A stretch of DNA of 61,568 nucleotides, counting the filler, from Jimgerdemannia flammicorona (lineage: Eukaryota): assembly GCA_003990765.1 (NCBI GenBank). It is 2 parts of 2 records of this genome, joined end to end, with 100 filler letters (N's around TTAATTAATTAA, not from the genome) between each part and the next. Parts side by side here need not be neighbours in the genome. Positions count along the whole stretch, not along the records: positions 1 to 30,745 come from RBNJ01000426.1; 1 more part is not named here. One strand, given 5' to 3'. Below the pieces are notes generated by a model. The model saw only the letters and a list, made by a program, of their open reading frames with translations. It had not been told where the DNA came from and searched no databases. The translations under genes were made by a program, and so were the position numbers. Below are positions 1-11,502 of this stretch, one piece after another; the stretch's first letter is position 1; each line of letters starts with the position of its first letter.

Positions 1-1
1 G

Positions 2-3000
2 GACTCAGAACCACCAAACCGAAGGAATGACACCCAGTACAAGAAGACTGAAGCCCATCCTGTTGAAGATTTTGAGGAAGCAAGCAACAGTGAAGACTAC
101 AGTGACCTAGACTTGTACCCTACCAAGATTACCACCTGAAAGACAGTCTATCCAATAGAGAAAAGAAAGAGACCTGTGGGAAGACCATCCAGGAACATCA
201 GCAGGAGAATTATTCAAGAAGAAGATGAAGAATATGAGGAGGAACAAGTTGAAACACCTCCCCAAACCCTTTCACCTTTCGTGCCCGAGATAAACGAGTT
301 GCCACCAGAAGATGAAGAAATGGAACAAGAAGAATGGGAACCTGCTGCTCCAAAGCCTAAGAAAAAGTATACCCCAAAGACCATGCCTAGAGACATTTAC
401 AATGAAGCCTGGCAGAAGATCCAAGAAGCCAAGATGGAAGTTCCTCTTTTGCAGTTCTTGCAATTGATACCAGCCGGAGTCCGAAACAAATTGCTGAGAA
501 CCACCAGGTCTAGCACTGGCCAAGTTCCAATCCCACAGCAAGAACCAGCTCCCATCCCAGTTCAAGCAGCTGAAAGACATGTCAGCACCTACTTACATGG
601 AGATATTGGAGGACAAAAAGTGAAAATCCTCATAGATACAGGAGCAGCTGTCTGTGTCATTGCCAAACGATTCCTGGACACCCTCCAATGGCCCATTGAT
701 GGACTATCCAACCTCAGCATCATAGTAGCAGATGGAGCCCGAACTCAACCCCTTGGAGAAGTACAAAATATCACCATCTCCCTTGGACACATTCAGTTCT
801 CCATCCCCAAAGCTGTTGTCACCGAAGCTGTCACCTATGACATAATTCTTGGTACCAACTGGATGAAGGAAATGAATGCAGTTGTCAATATTGGCCAACA
901 AGTACTCAAGTTTGACTACTGAGGCAAGAAGTATAGAGTTAAGGTGACCAGCTATGAGCAATCAAAGAAGAAAAAGAAGGTCACTATTCAGGAAGAGTAT
1001 GTCAGCAGTGAAGAATCTACTACAGAAGAGGAAGAAGAATCTGAAGATGGGAATGATCCCAGGCTCAATCCCTGAATCAACCTGGTGGATGACAGACCAG
1101 AAGACAATGTGTGGGCCAAAAACACTATCCCTATCACCATTGGAGCCATTGCAGGGGAAGGCAAAGGATGCCCTACATGCCTCAAGAGACACAAGTGTCC
1201 CAAGCACTCCTCCAAGATCATGGGAAAAAGGAAATCGCCTGGTGCAGCCTGCCCAGAATGCAGAAGAAAGAAGAAGAAATGCAGACATGTTCCAGAAACA
1301 CCTGCGACCAAAGCTACAGAAGTACAAGCAATTTGGGGTCAAGAATCATCTGAGGAAGAAGAAACTTCTGACCAAGAAGTTCCTGAACAAGAAGCACCTA
1401 ATGAAGAAGAAGTCCCTGAACTCATCCCCTGGGATGACCCTTGCTGGACACCACCTGAAGACAATGACCCCTGGAATATAGAGGAAGGACTCAGTACCAT
1501 CACCATTATCCCCAAGAAAGAAACCCACCAAGAGAAAGCTTTCTGGCTAGGAAGATGTCCACATCAAATGGTCTTCCACTCTCCCCAAGACTACTGCTAT
1601 CAGTGTCATCTGTTGGACCAACAAGAAAGATAGAGACCCCAGAGACCAGAACTCCCAACTACTCTTGCACAGTCCACCACCTTTCAAGAGGTCACCATAA
1701 GGTTACAAAGTCGATTTAGGGGACAAGGCTTCTTCACCCAAACAGAAATATACCCCTTGTCTACCCTTTCCCCAACCTATGATCAGGATGGGTACCGATT
1801 CCCAAGACAACAAGAGATAAATAGCCAGGAACATCATTTCCAAGCAATGGGATATTGCAACCATGGGAGACATCCTGATTGCTGAGACTGCAGACACCAG
1901 AAGATTCACCTCAGCCATGATGTTGCAGTACACACCTTGAAGAAAGGAGATAACCAAAGCCAGATCCGAAAAAGTCAGATTCGAAAAAGCCAGACCAAGA
2001 AGTCTGGAAAAAGAATCCTCAAGATCTACGATTTGGGAGAGGATATCCTAGCCCTCATCAGGCATGCAACCCACCAAGGATGGGCAGAAGATGCCACCAA
2101 CTTCATGGAAGCCCTTGACCCTACAGGAAAGAGGGGAATCAATTACCTCTGAGATCCCTCTACTGGAGCCAGATGGCCACACCTCAACCTTAGAGCTTGG
2201 AGGCTTTCTGCTAGTGAAGCTTCAGCCTTAGGAAAGCCTGAACTCAGCAAGGACATTGCCCAGTATACCCTGCTGCATCTCAAGGCCAAACTCCCGACCA
2301 AAGCCCACCCAGAGGATGTAGGATATGATCTTCACAGCCTAGAGGACGAATCCATCAAGCCTGGAAAAACCTTCATGGTCAGAACCGGATTGGCCATGCA
2401 GCCACCTCAAGGAGCTTATATTCAACTGACCTCAAGGTCTGGACTTGCCAGACAAGGAATAACTGTAGAAGGAGAAACCATTGACCCCGGATATACAGGC
2501 AAAATCAAGGTTATCCTACACAACAGCAGTGCAGAATGGCACTGAATCATTAGAGGACAGAAGATTGCCCAAGCAGTCTTCATGAAGGTCAAGACCCCAC
2601 AGTTACAAGAAGTCTCTGAACTAACTGAAGGAATAAGACAAGCCAAGGGATTTGGAAGTTCAGACAGGAAAGAGGTACACCTCCTTCAAGTCAACTGCCT
2701 CAAGAGGAATGTTCCCCAGCAAGTATACTGGCAACCAGTCAGACTATACAAGAATCTCATCCTGGAGCCTGGAGAACAAACCACCTTCGAAATATTTGCA
2801 CCACCCGACCCCAGAAACCTTTTCTTTGAACCCAAGGAAGATATCCCACACCTAGACATAGAGGGACACACATTCTCTGACAAGATGAACCCAGTACACT
2901 CCCGAGAAACCAACCAAAGTTGGGAGACCATCATCCTGCCAAAAGGAACCATCATAGGATATCTGGTGCCTTTTCTCAACCGAACTCATAGGGAAGTTTA

Positions 3001-3076
3001 TGAACTAAACCTACCAGGAAATGGCAAAAGGTCCCAGAAGAAAGGAAAGGCCCCTTTGCGACCCAGGAGACAGTGA
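2..3076 (+). pseudogene. E1 gag C-terminus / aspartic protease / uncharacterised domains / dUTPase polyprotein
   Basis: ORFs 176, 1085, 1937 and 2582 share one frame broken only by point stops. Protease motifs ILIDTGAAVCVI and DIILGTNW. Confidence 0.9.
2261..2662 (+). pseudogene. E1 dUTPase domain
   Basis: Manual translation: VGYDL, TSRSGLA, GETIDPGYTGKI, KIAQ, RQAKGFGSS match the five trimeric dUTPase motifs; one internal TGA. Confidence 0.92.
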
Positions 3077-4488
3077 AGCCTTCCACCAACATTGGAGAAG
3101 AATTGACACCTCAACAACAGCAACAACTAGTAGAACTTCTCAATAAATATCAAGATATCTTCACCACCAACTATGGCAACCTGCCATACAACCCATCATA
3201 TCACCACAGCATAAATACAGGAAGTGCAACACCCATCTGGCAGAAACTCTATAGAATACCCCATCACTTGAAAACATTCGAAAAGGAGCACATCCAAGAA
3301 CTCTTAGACAATGGAGTCATCCGACCCTCTACCAGCCCCTGGGCCAGCCCTATACTTATTGTGCCAAAGAAAGGAGGATAGAGACTCTGTGTGGATTATA
3401 GAAAACTCAACTTAGTCACTGAAAAGGATGCTTATCCTTTGCCCAGAATTGATGACCTTTTGGACCAGTTACAAGATGCCAGATATTTCAGCAGTATGGA
3501 CCTCTTCACGGAATTCCATGAGATCCCCATGGACCCCAAGGACATTCAAAAGACAGCCTTCCTTGCTCTAGGAAAATTGTTTGAATACCTCCAAATGCCC
3601 TTTGGACTTTGCAATGCACCACCCACCTTCCAGAGGATGATGAATTCAGTCTATGCCCCCTTGATCCACCACTGTCTGATTGTATACATAGATGATTCCA
3701 ACATCTATTCAGCAAATTTCAAAGAACACCTGCACTACCTAGAGGAATTATTCAAGCTCACCTGCAAGAATCACTTGAGACTGAATGCAAAGAAATGCTA
3801 CTTTGGAAAACAGAAACTCAAATTCCTGGGATTCATGGTCTTAAAAGAAGGAACTCATGCAGACCCAAAGATAACTGAGAAGATCAACAATTGGCCAGTA
3901 CCCAAGACTCCAAAGGAAACACTATCATTCTTGATGCTAGTATCCTACTACAGAAGGTTTATCAAAGATTTTGCCCAAATTGCTGCCCCAATCTGAATCC
4001 TTCTCAAGAAAGGAATGACATTCAAATGGACAGAATCACAGGAAAAAGCCTTCAGAGAACTCAAGAACCACATGACTACAGCACCAATCCTTGTGCGCCC
4101 CAATCTACAGAAGCCATTCATCTTGTATATAGATGCTTCTAAAGATGGCCTAGGAGCAGTTCTAGCCCAAGAAGGATCTGACCAACAGTACCACATGATA
4201 GCTTATGCAAGCAGAGCTACCAATCAGCAGCAGATGAACTATGGTAGCACCAAACTGGAATGCCTTGCAGTCATATGGGCAGTCACCCTGTTTAAGCATT
4301 ACCTCATCAGAAAAAGGTTCACCCTGATTACAGACCATGCAGTCCTCAAATGGCTATTCAACCGCAAGGAACCTGCTAGAATTCTAGCCTGCTGGATCCT
4401 TATCCTTCAGGATTACAAAATCACCATCATTCACAAAGCAGGGAAAGCCCACAACAATGTTGATGTACTTTTCCGCCAGCCCCAATGA
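3016..4488 (+). pseudogene. E1 reverse transcriptase + RNase H
   Basis: SPWASP, DYRKLN, YPLPRID, MPFGLCNAP, VYIDD; RNase H YIDAS, KLECLAV, TDH. In the -1 frame relative to the upstream ORF. Confidence 0.95.
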
Positions 4489-5564
4489 ATCAGAGGAAGG
4501 GTGTCCCAAGGAACCACACCCTAAAGGAAGCTCCTCAGACCATCAAAGCACAAGAAGATCTTATCTGAAAAGAACATCAGAAAGCCCACCAAGGACAGAC
4601 AAGCATAGAAGAGAGGATTTGAAAAGAATATCAACATTGGCCCCACCTCAGAACTCAAGTTCGGGACATCATCCAGAAATGTGACATCTGCCAGAAGTAC
4701 CAAGAAAAGAAGAACTATCAAGCCCCTCTGCAACCAATTCCCCCACCCACTCACATCTTTCAAAGATGGGGAGTAGATGTAATTGGACCTCTACCAGTTA
4801 CACCAAGAAGAAATAAATACATTCTTGTATTCGTAGAACATCTGACCAAGTGGCCTGAGGCTTTCCCAATAGAAATCGCTGATGCCTTAACTATTGTAGG
4901 CCTCCTCCATGGACTCACACTCAGATGTGGACCTCCAGAAGAACTCATCTCTGACCGAGGCACAGAATTCATCAACAACATAATCACAAGTTATGCCTGA
5001 ATTCACAAGATCCACCTCAAAAGGACCACATCATACCACCCCCAGACCAATGGCATTACAGAAAGAATGAACCAGACCATCAAGAAGGGACTTGCCCAAG
5101 TCAACCCTACTAATTGGGACCTCTGCTTACCTGAGATCCTGTCAGAAATTCAGAATACCCCTGCCACATCTACCAAACAAAAGCCATTCGAAATGATGTT
5201 TGCCAAGAAAACCAGAGCTGCTGACCATGAGAATCTTGGAGACCTCCTCAAGAAGGCAGAACAGTTACGAAATCAAGCCCAAGGACAGATTATCAAAGCC
5301 CAGGAAAGACACAAGAAGTACTATAACCAAAAACAGAAGGATCAGGAGATCAAGATTGGAGATCAAGTCCTAGTTTAGAGAAGCATGATTGAGACAAACT
5401 TTGCTGCCAAACTGGAACCAAAATGGGAAGGACCTTATTTTGTACACAACATCAGAGGAACCAGTATCTATTTAAGAAGCATGGATGGATGAACCCTGAG
5501 AACACCAGTACACATCAATCGCCTCAAGATATACCTCTTCTCACACCATGAATCAGAGAGTTGA
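4485..5564 (+). pseudogene. E1 integrase (separate ORF)
   Basis: HHCC (H..H..CDIC), WGVDVIGPLP, ISDRGTEF, YHPQTNGITERMN, KWEGPY; starts at an ATG overlapping the RNase H TGA. Confidence 0.92.
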
Positions 5565-6060
5565 CAACTGCCTTCAAACTCTTGTTCTCAGTTCCCTCCA
5601 AGCCCTACTAGTTCCCCTGCCTCAGTTCCGGGAACCCAATGGAACCTATCTTCAGAGAATCCAAGTTCATCAAGAGAACCTCACCCTGGCCGAGAGACTA
5701 CTCCAGGTCCACCAGCTGCAGGCATATTATGCAATTAGAGAACAATTGCAGAATTTTCCTCTCCCAGACCTAGCCTATATCCAAAACACCACTGGCCTGA
5801 ACAGAAGGAACACTACTGCTGCAGACAGACTATACACCATATATAAACGAAATCCTTCTGCCTTAATCCAGGCCCAGTTTTCCCTGAATGACCTCCAAAG
5901 GATGACTCTACCCACCTACCTCAGCATTATTCACCAAGTAGAGACCCTATTTCCTGAGGAAGAAGAAGAGCCCCTGGAATGGAGTGACCGCAGCTCAGAT
6001 GATGATGATGGAACAGGTATAGATGCAGAAGCTGCTTATGCCTATTGGGATAATGACTGA
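5548..6060 (+). CDS. E1 accessory ORF of unknown function (170 aa, acidic C-terminal tail)
   Basis: Intact ATG-to-TGA ORF between integrase and PPT; shares a Y-x2-G/R-x2-L ... A-x-R-x-Y-x2-F/Y pattern with ORFs in E2, E3 and E4. Confidence 0.75.
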   Translation: MNQRVDNCLQTLVLSSLQALLVPLPQFREPNGTYLQRIQVHQENLTLAERLLQVHQLQAYYAIREQLQNFPLPDLAYIQNTTGLNRRNTTAADRLYTIYKRNPSALIQAQFSLNDLQRMTLPTYLSIIHQVETLFPEEEEEPLEWSDRSSDDDDGTGIDAEAAYAYWDND

Positions 6061-6094
6061 AGAATAGTCTGGGACAGACTACAGTGGAGGCTGA

Positions 6095-7604
6095 TGTAAC
6101 AAGACCAAAATGTACCACCTGAATTATAACTTAGCCAGATGATGCAAACAATTAGCATACTTACTCAGCATGATGTAACTTCCAGTATATCATAGTTACT
6201 CATGCCCACCACACTTATAATTAGCCAAGACACCAGATCAGGATTGTTTACCTATGTCCTGAGGACACACTCATGTCCTGCGGACACACTCATGTCCTGT
6301 GGACACACTTATGTTCTACTGACATACTCATGTCCTGCGGACACACTCATGTCCTGCGGACACACTCATGTCCTGCGGACACACTCATATCCTGTAGACA
6401 CACCTGTACCCAGAGGACACACCCAAACATTACCAAAGATAGCAAATCTATAGTTAGCCACATAGTAACCAGATAGCAACCAACTTGTATAAATTACCCC
6501 AGAGGTACAAGTGAATAAAACCTCAGTCTGAATTGAAGTGCAAACCAAAGAAGCCTCTAAAGATTGAGCAATTGGTCCCCTTATTCCCACTCTGGTCCAC
6601 TTTCTGATACAAAGAAGAGTTTGTTATGTTTTTGGTTCACTTGCCAGATAAGCCTGAAGATTTGCCACCTAAGTTCAAGGAGAACTTTGCTGCCTTTTGA
6701 AGAACCCGCTGCTTAAAGGAATAAGCCACACTATTGGTATGCTTGCCAGATAAGCCTGAAGAACCCTATTCTCTGCCTTCCCAAGAAAGCCGCCTTGCTC
6801 AAGCCAGTTTCTGATGCAACTTCGCAGTGATCCGTTCATGCAAACGAAGCCAATCTTTGATGTAACTTTGCCAAGAGACCCTTTCCCAAAGAATGCTACC
6901 AGTTGTTCATATTCCCAGTAGAAGCCCACCAATTCAGGAAGAATCCGCGCCATCCCGTTTTCCAGTTAAGCCGCCATCCTCAAGAAACCACCGATTTAGA
7001 AAGAATCTGCATTGTCTGAATTACCCGAGTTATTGAATTATCTGCCTCTCGTGACATCTGAGTTATTCATCATTCCCAGTGAGCCTGAGTTATCGAGTTA
7101 TCCGCCACCCAAGATAATTCCCAGTTGAAGCCACTGAGTTATCTGCATTCCCCGAGAACCCCACCATTTCAGGAAGAATCTATGCCATACGATTCCCAGT
7201 GAGCCAAATTGAGTTATCTGCTGAATTATCAGAACATCTGCATAAAGAACCCGCTGCGCTACATGAAGATCATCATGCTACACAAGATCGTCATGCAGAA
7301 ATCATCTGCCACCCAAGAAGGAGAACCACTAAATTGCCAGACTGTCACACACAAGGAGATTGTCATGCTACACAGAAATTGTGCTATTCCCAGTTGACTC
7401 AAGAAGGAAAAGACATACAAATTGCTGCTACACCCAGAGAACTATCCCAATAAGGAAATCACATGCACAGTATCCAGATCTTGACTATTATACCGCTAAA
7501 CACCAAGAATATTTTGTTGCTTTTAACAAAGTAACTGGGGGCTCAAGCCAAACTACATCAACCCCCAACCTTGTAATTTGCCTCCATTGAGCCAGCATGT
7601 TACA
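6095..7604 (+). repeat. E1 3' LTR (~1.5 kb)
   Basis: 7-bp inverted termini TGTAACA/TGTTACA, preceded by a purine tract; TATAAA at 6488 and AATAAA at 6514. The partner LTR is not in the window. Confidence 0.8.
6254..6421. repeat. 19-bp tandem repeat (GGACACACTCATGTCCTGC) x ~9 in E1 U3
   Basis: Head-to-tail units visible directly, no spacers. Confidence 0.92.
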
Positions 7605-8346
7605 CTATATAATAGTCTAAATATTATTAAAGGATTTCTCTATAGTTAGGAGCTTAGTAAAATACTATTATCTTTCTATAGCTTATTAGGTAGTATTAAT
7701 AATCTTAAATTATATTTGAGAGTTTTTATAACTAAAAGATAGTTATATATATATATATATATTTTATACAAAATAAGGCTCTTCTTACTTAGGTTCTAAT
7801 TTTTATAACTATAAAGTTTCTACTATATTTTAATATATTAGAATCTTCTATCTTAATAATCTCCAGAGATTTTTAAATTTTTCTATATTATTTAATTATA
7901 GTATCTATATCTTAATTATATAATTCATAGTCTTTTTTCTTATTAATATAGTTTTTATATCTATATATGTATCTATTATAATATAGTAGATACTTAATTT
8001 TAGAAGTATGGCAGATTTCTTTATCTTAAATATATAATCTTCTTTAACTTTTCAAAGTTTTTAGAGATATAAGGTAAGTGAGTTCAAAGTATATCTGTCT
8101 ATAGACTAACTAGTTCTCTTGTCTCTTTACTTTGAACTATTTTGATCTAAAGTTTATTTATTCTAAATATTGAGAATATTTATACAAGTTTGCTAATTAT
8201 ATAATGGCTAAGTATATGACTTTCTTTTATCTTACAACTATAAGATTATATAACTACTAACTATATTACTATACTATATTGAAAATTAGATTTAGATATT
8301 ATAATTAAATATCTATCTCTTGATTCTTATTTCTTATTTAGATTAT
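7605..8346 (-). mobile_element. Highly eroded gypsy remnant (E3-like integrase end/accessory ORF)
   Basis: 7620-7710 matches 23430-23520 and the reverse complement of E3 33836-33920; very AT/TpA rich. Confidence 0.6.
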
Positions 8347-9954
8347 TATTACATAGTGGTCACTGAGTTCTTCAAATATACCAGATTCTCTTCAAGGTAT
8401 ATCTCTTAGACTAACTCAAGTTTGTTATAAGCAAGTTCTTATTAGAGTGCCTTCCCAAGGTCCTATAGTCCTCAAACTTCTTATCTTTAAACTGTTTTGT
8501 TATCTCTTAGATTGCTTGCAAGGAAGTATATATATTGCACTGAGAGGAACTGACTTTATTTCAGAGGAAATATGTAAGAGGAGTATTTATACAAAATATA
8601 ATTTAATGGTTGCTAAGATATAAAGCTAAATATAAATTCCAATAACTAAAACTACTAAGTTCCAGAGTCAGTACTGATGGTTGTACAGGTTCAGGATGCT
8701 GGAATAATTTAGTTTTACATCAGAATACTGATACTGGAATAATTTCATATCACCTCAGAATACCAATACTGGCATTATCCAGTATTATATAAGAATACCA
8801 GTGCTGGCATTATCCAGTATTACATGAGAATACCAGTGCTGGCATTATCCAGTGTTATATGAGAATACTGGTACTGGCATTATCCAGTGTAATAAAGAAC
8901 TTAGAGCAGAAAGTTCAAGACCATGGAGGCTTCATTATCATCATCATCATCACTGAAGGAGATGAGATCTACGAATTTGTTATATAGGTCGCATGTTTTG
9001 TGTACTTCGATGTCACATGGGATGATGTCATCACTGATGACATCATTACATTTGACCATGGGAAGGAGGTCTGGGGCTCTCTAGTCTATGAGGTTCTCTT
9101 CTACAAAATAAGGGACAAATGTGGGGTCTTGGGAGATCTAACCCAGATACTTGGGCCTTAAAATACTGAGATCAACCCTTGCAGGAATTGGTCTGGGTTG
9201 TCCTGGAGGATAGGGTGCCAGAAGTCTTCTACTTCATCACTATTGAGAGTAATAGTGGACTGGGCTTCTGTAGCCACCCTGGCTTCTAGTGTATTGATAT
9301 GGTGGAATGACAGGTTTCTGAAATCTGAGACTCTAATATACTCTAAGTTGGGGATTGACCATGGTGCATGCCTGAAGATCTGATAGATCTTCTTAGCTGT
9401 CCTTGTTTTGTATATATCCATGAGAGTGGCATCTTATAGCTCTTGAGTGCTGGTCTGTGGGAACTCCCAGCAGAGGAGGTTTTCTATTTCATACTCCTGC
9501 CACATTTAAAGGCATTCAGTAGTAATGGTGATCCTTGTTTCCATTTCATGATGATAGAGGATAAAGTGATAGGGATCTGCAGTACTCAGGTTAACACTAG
9601 AAGTCCTTCTTGAGCAGGTCCTAATGGCTCTTCTGATGTCTTGAAACATCCTTTCTTTGACTGAGATATCTTGGTGGTTCCTTGACCTTGAGGTTTGGTG
9701 GGCAGCAGGCATTTCATTTGTGGTAAGTCTTTGAGCTATTTTGGGATTGGTGGTTCTTATTGGTTGCTGCTACTGTGGTTCCTTGATCCTTCTTTTATAT
9801 TCTTCAGGATACTTGTACTGTGGTCACAATGACTCACAGTTGGTCATCATTGCTCATCTCATATACTATATAATCTTCTTGTGTTCTGATCTAGTGGCTT
9901 GCAAGGAAAGGCTGTCTCCTGTGCTGATGTCATCATTCTAGGGTCACTGTTACA
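8347..9954 (-). repeat. E2 3' LTR (~1.6 kb)
   Basis: Matches 15605-15814 + 21717-23030; on the minus strand it begins TGTAACAG right after the PPT. Contains a 35-bp tandem repeat (~8690-8890). Confidence 0.95.
8901..9712 (-). pseudogene. Accessory ORF embedded in E2 3' LTR (~270 aa)
   Basis: Pieces 9506-9712 and 9158-9421 plus an acidic tail (DDDDDNE) ending at TAA 8901-8903; aligns by eye with the E4 LTR ORF. Confidence 0.8.
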
Positions 9955-9964
9955 TCTTCCTCCT
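9955..9964 (-). promoter_or_regulatory. E2 polypurine tract
   Basis: AGGAGGAAGA immediately 5' of the LTR start on the minus strand; identical to the E3 PPT (34301-34310). Confidence 0.88.
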
Positions 9965-10302
9965 GAATAAGGATCTTCCGGAGCATCCATATTTATTGGT
10001 CCAGTCCTGAAAAATTTGCTGATCCCATAACCTCTGGCAAGGGGTTGAAAAGTGGTGTTTATGGGCTGGCATCTTCTCTTTGTATTTTGGTGTGATGGTG
10101 AAGGGTCACTCCCTTCATATAGAGCAAGGGTCTGATTCTGATCTTGACCAATCAGTTGATGGTTAAAACTCCTCTGACTTTGAAAGTCTCACAGATGAGT
10201 AGTTGCCAGTGCTGTATCCCTTAGAGAATAGTCCAGACAGATAGCCTGCTGGTCATAGGACATGCTGTTATGATTCGTAGACTAGAACCTTATGGGTGGT
10301 CA

Positions 10303-11477
10303 TCACATTTTGCTTCTCTTGTATAGGTTCGTGGTACTTCTTGAGTCTGTTCCTATATACTATGGTAGGCAGTATGGTCCCTGAGATTTTTCTAAGCCAG
10401 AAGATAGTTCTCTTGATATCTTGCACATAGAAGGGTCCTTCCCATTTGGGCTCCAGTTTTCACAACCATGAGGCTTCTACCATATTTCAATACAGTAGAA
10501 CCTTTTCTCTGATGCGGATGGGTTCTAGGGTCTTGTGATTCTTTTCCGCATTCTTTCTTATCAGTGCTTGTGACTTGGTGATGTAATCTTCAGCCTTCTT
10601 CCTGATTTGGTGTAGTCTCTGGATTTCTGCATCAACCCATCTCCAAGTTATATCTAGATTCATAGCTAAGGTTCCATCAGAATCTTCTTCTCTGAAGAGC
10701 AGCTCTCTTGGGGTAAAGTGTGTGCTTTGTGACCATATGTCTCATAGGATAGAGAGGGCAGTTGGGAGATAGTTATCCCAATTCTCATATGTCTCTGAGA
10801 TCTTCACTAGGATGTTCTTGAGGGTGGTACACAGTGGTCTTGATGTGCTGGATCTTGTATTTCTGATATATTATCTCATAGAATTCATTGACAAATTCTG
10901 TTCTACAGTCTGTTGTGATTTGCTTTGATGTCTTGTAGTGGCAGATGATTTCTCAGTAGAGGAAGTTGGCTATAGAGAGAGCATTGGCTTTTTGTAATGC
11001 TCCTGCCTCTATCCATTTGGTGAAGAGGTCTACAATAACTATAATATAGCAGTTTCCTGATAGTGTTACTGATAGTGGTCCAATGATATCTATTGCAATG
11101 TGGTGGAAGGGGATAGGCTCAATTCTTGATGAACCAAGTACCTGGTCTTACTGATCTTGTTTCTGTTTTTGGTACTTGTCACACCCTTTGACAAATTGGC
11201 ACAGGTCTTCTTCCATCTTGGGCCACCATATGGTTCTTCTTGCCTTATCATATATATTGGTTCCTCCTAAGTGTCCTTGCTTGTGTACTTCCTTCATTAC
11301 TTGATACTTCTTGTGTTTGGATATTACTAGCTTTCCTTGTTTTCTGAATATAGTGTTGTCTAGTTCAAACTGTTTCCAAGTCCAGCTGATGATGTTGATT
11401 GTCCAAGGTTTGAGGTGGTTGGGTATCTTCCACTGCCCAAGGTAGCTGATTAATCCATAGTATAGCTCCTTATTCAT
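10303..11477 (-). pseudogene. E2 integrase (separate ORF)
   Basis: MNKELYY start, HKQGHLG..WWP..CDK, IAIDIIGPL, TTDCRTEF, KWEGPF; internal deletions. Confidence 0.9.
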
Positions 11478-11502
11478 ATTGAATAGTCTTGATGAGGGTG
11501 TT

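Larger units (their letters stand above)
1..7604 (+). mobile_element. Ty3/gypsy LTR retrotransposon E1 (5' part outside window), dUTPase-bearing, decayed
   Basis: Domain order gag tail-PR-dUTPase-RT-RNaseH-IN (gypsy order), an extra ORF, a purine tract (GTGGAGGCTGA), then an LTR bounded by TGTAACA (6095) and TGTTACA (7604). Confidence 0.95.

Noticed and set aside
176..5564. Alternative genetic code or stop-codon readthrough to explain the many in-frame TGA/TAG
   Set aside because: Sister LTR copies of E2 and E4 show CGA/CAA where the other copy has a stop, so such stops are C>T lesions.
6254..6421. CRISPR-like appearance of the 19-bp (and 14-bp, 35-bp) repeats
   Set aside because: Head-to-tail units without unique spacers, no cas genes, eukaryotic retroelement context.
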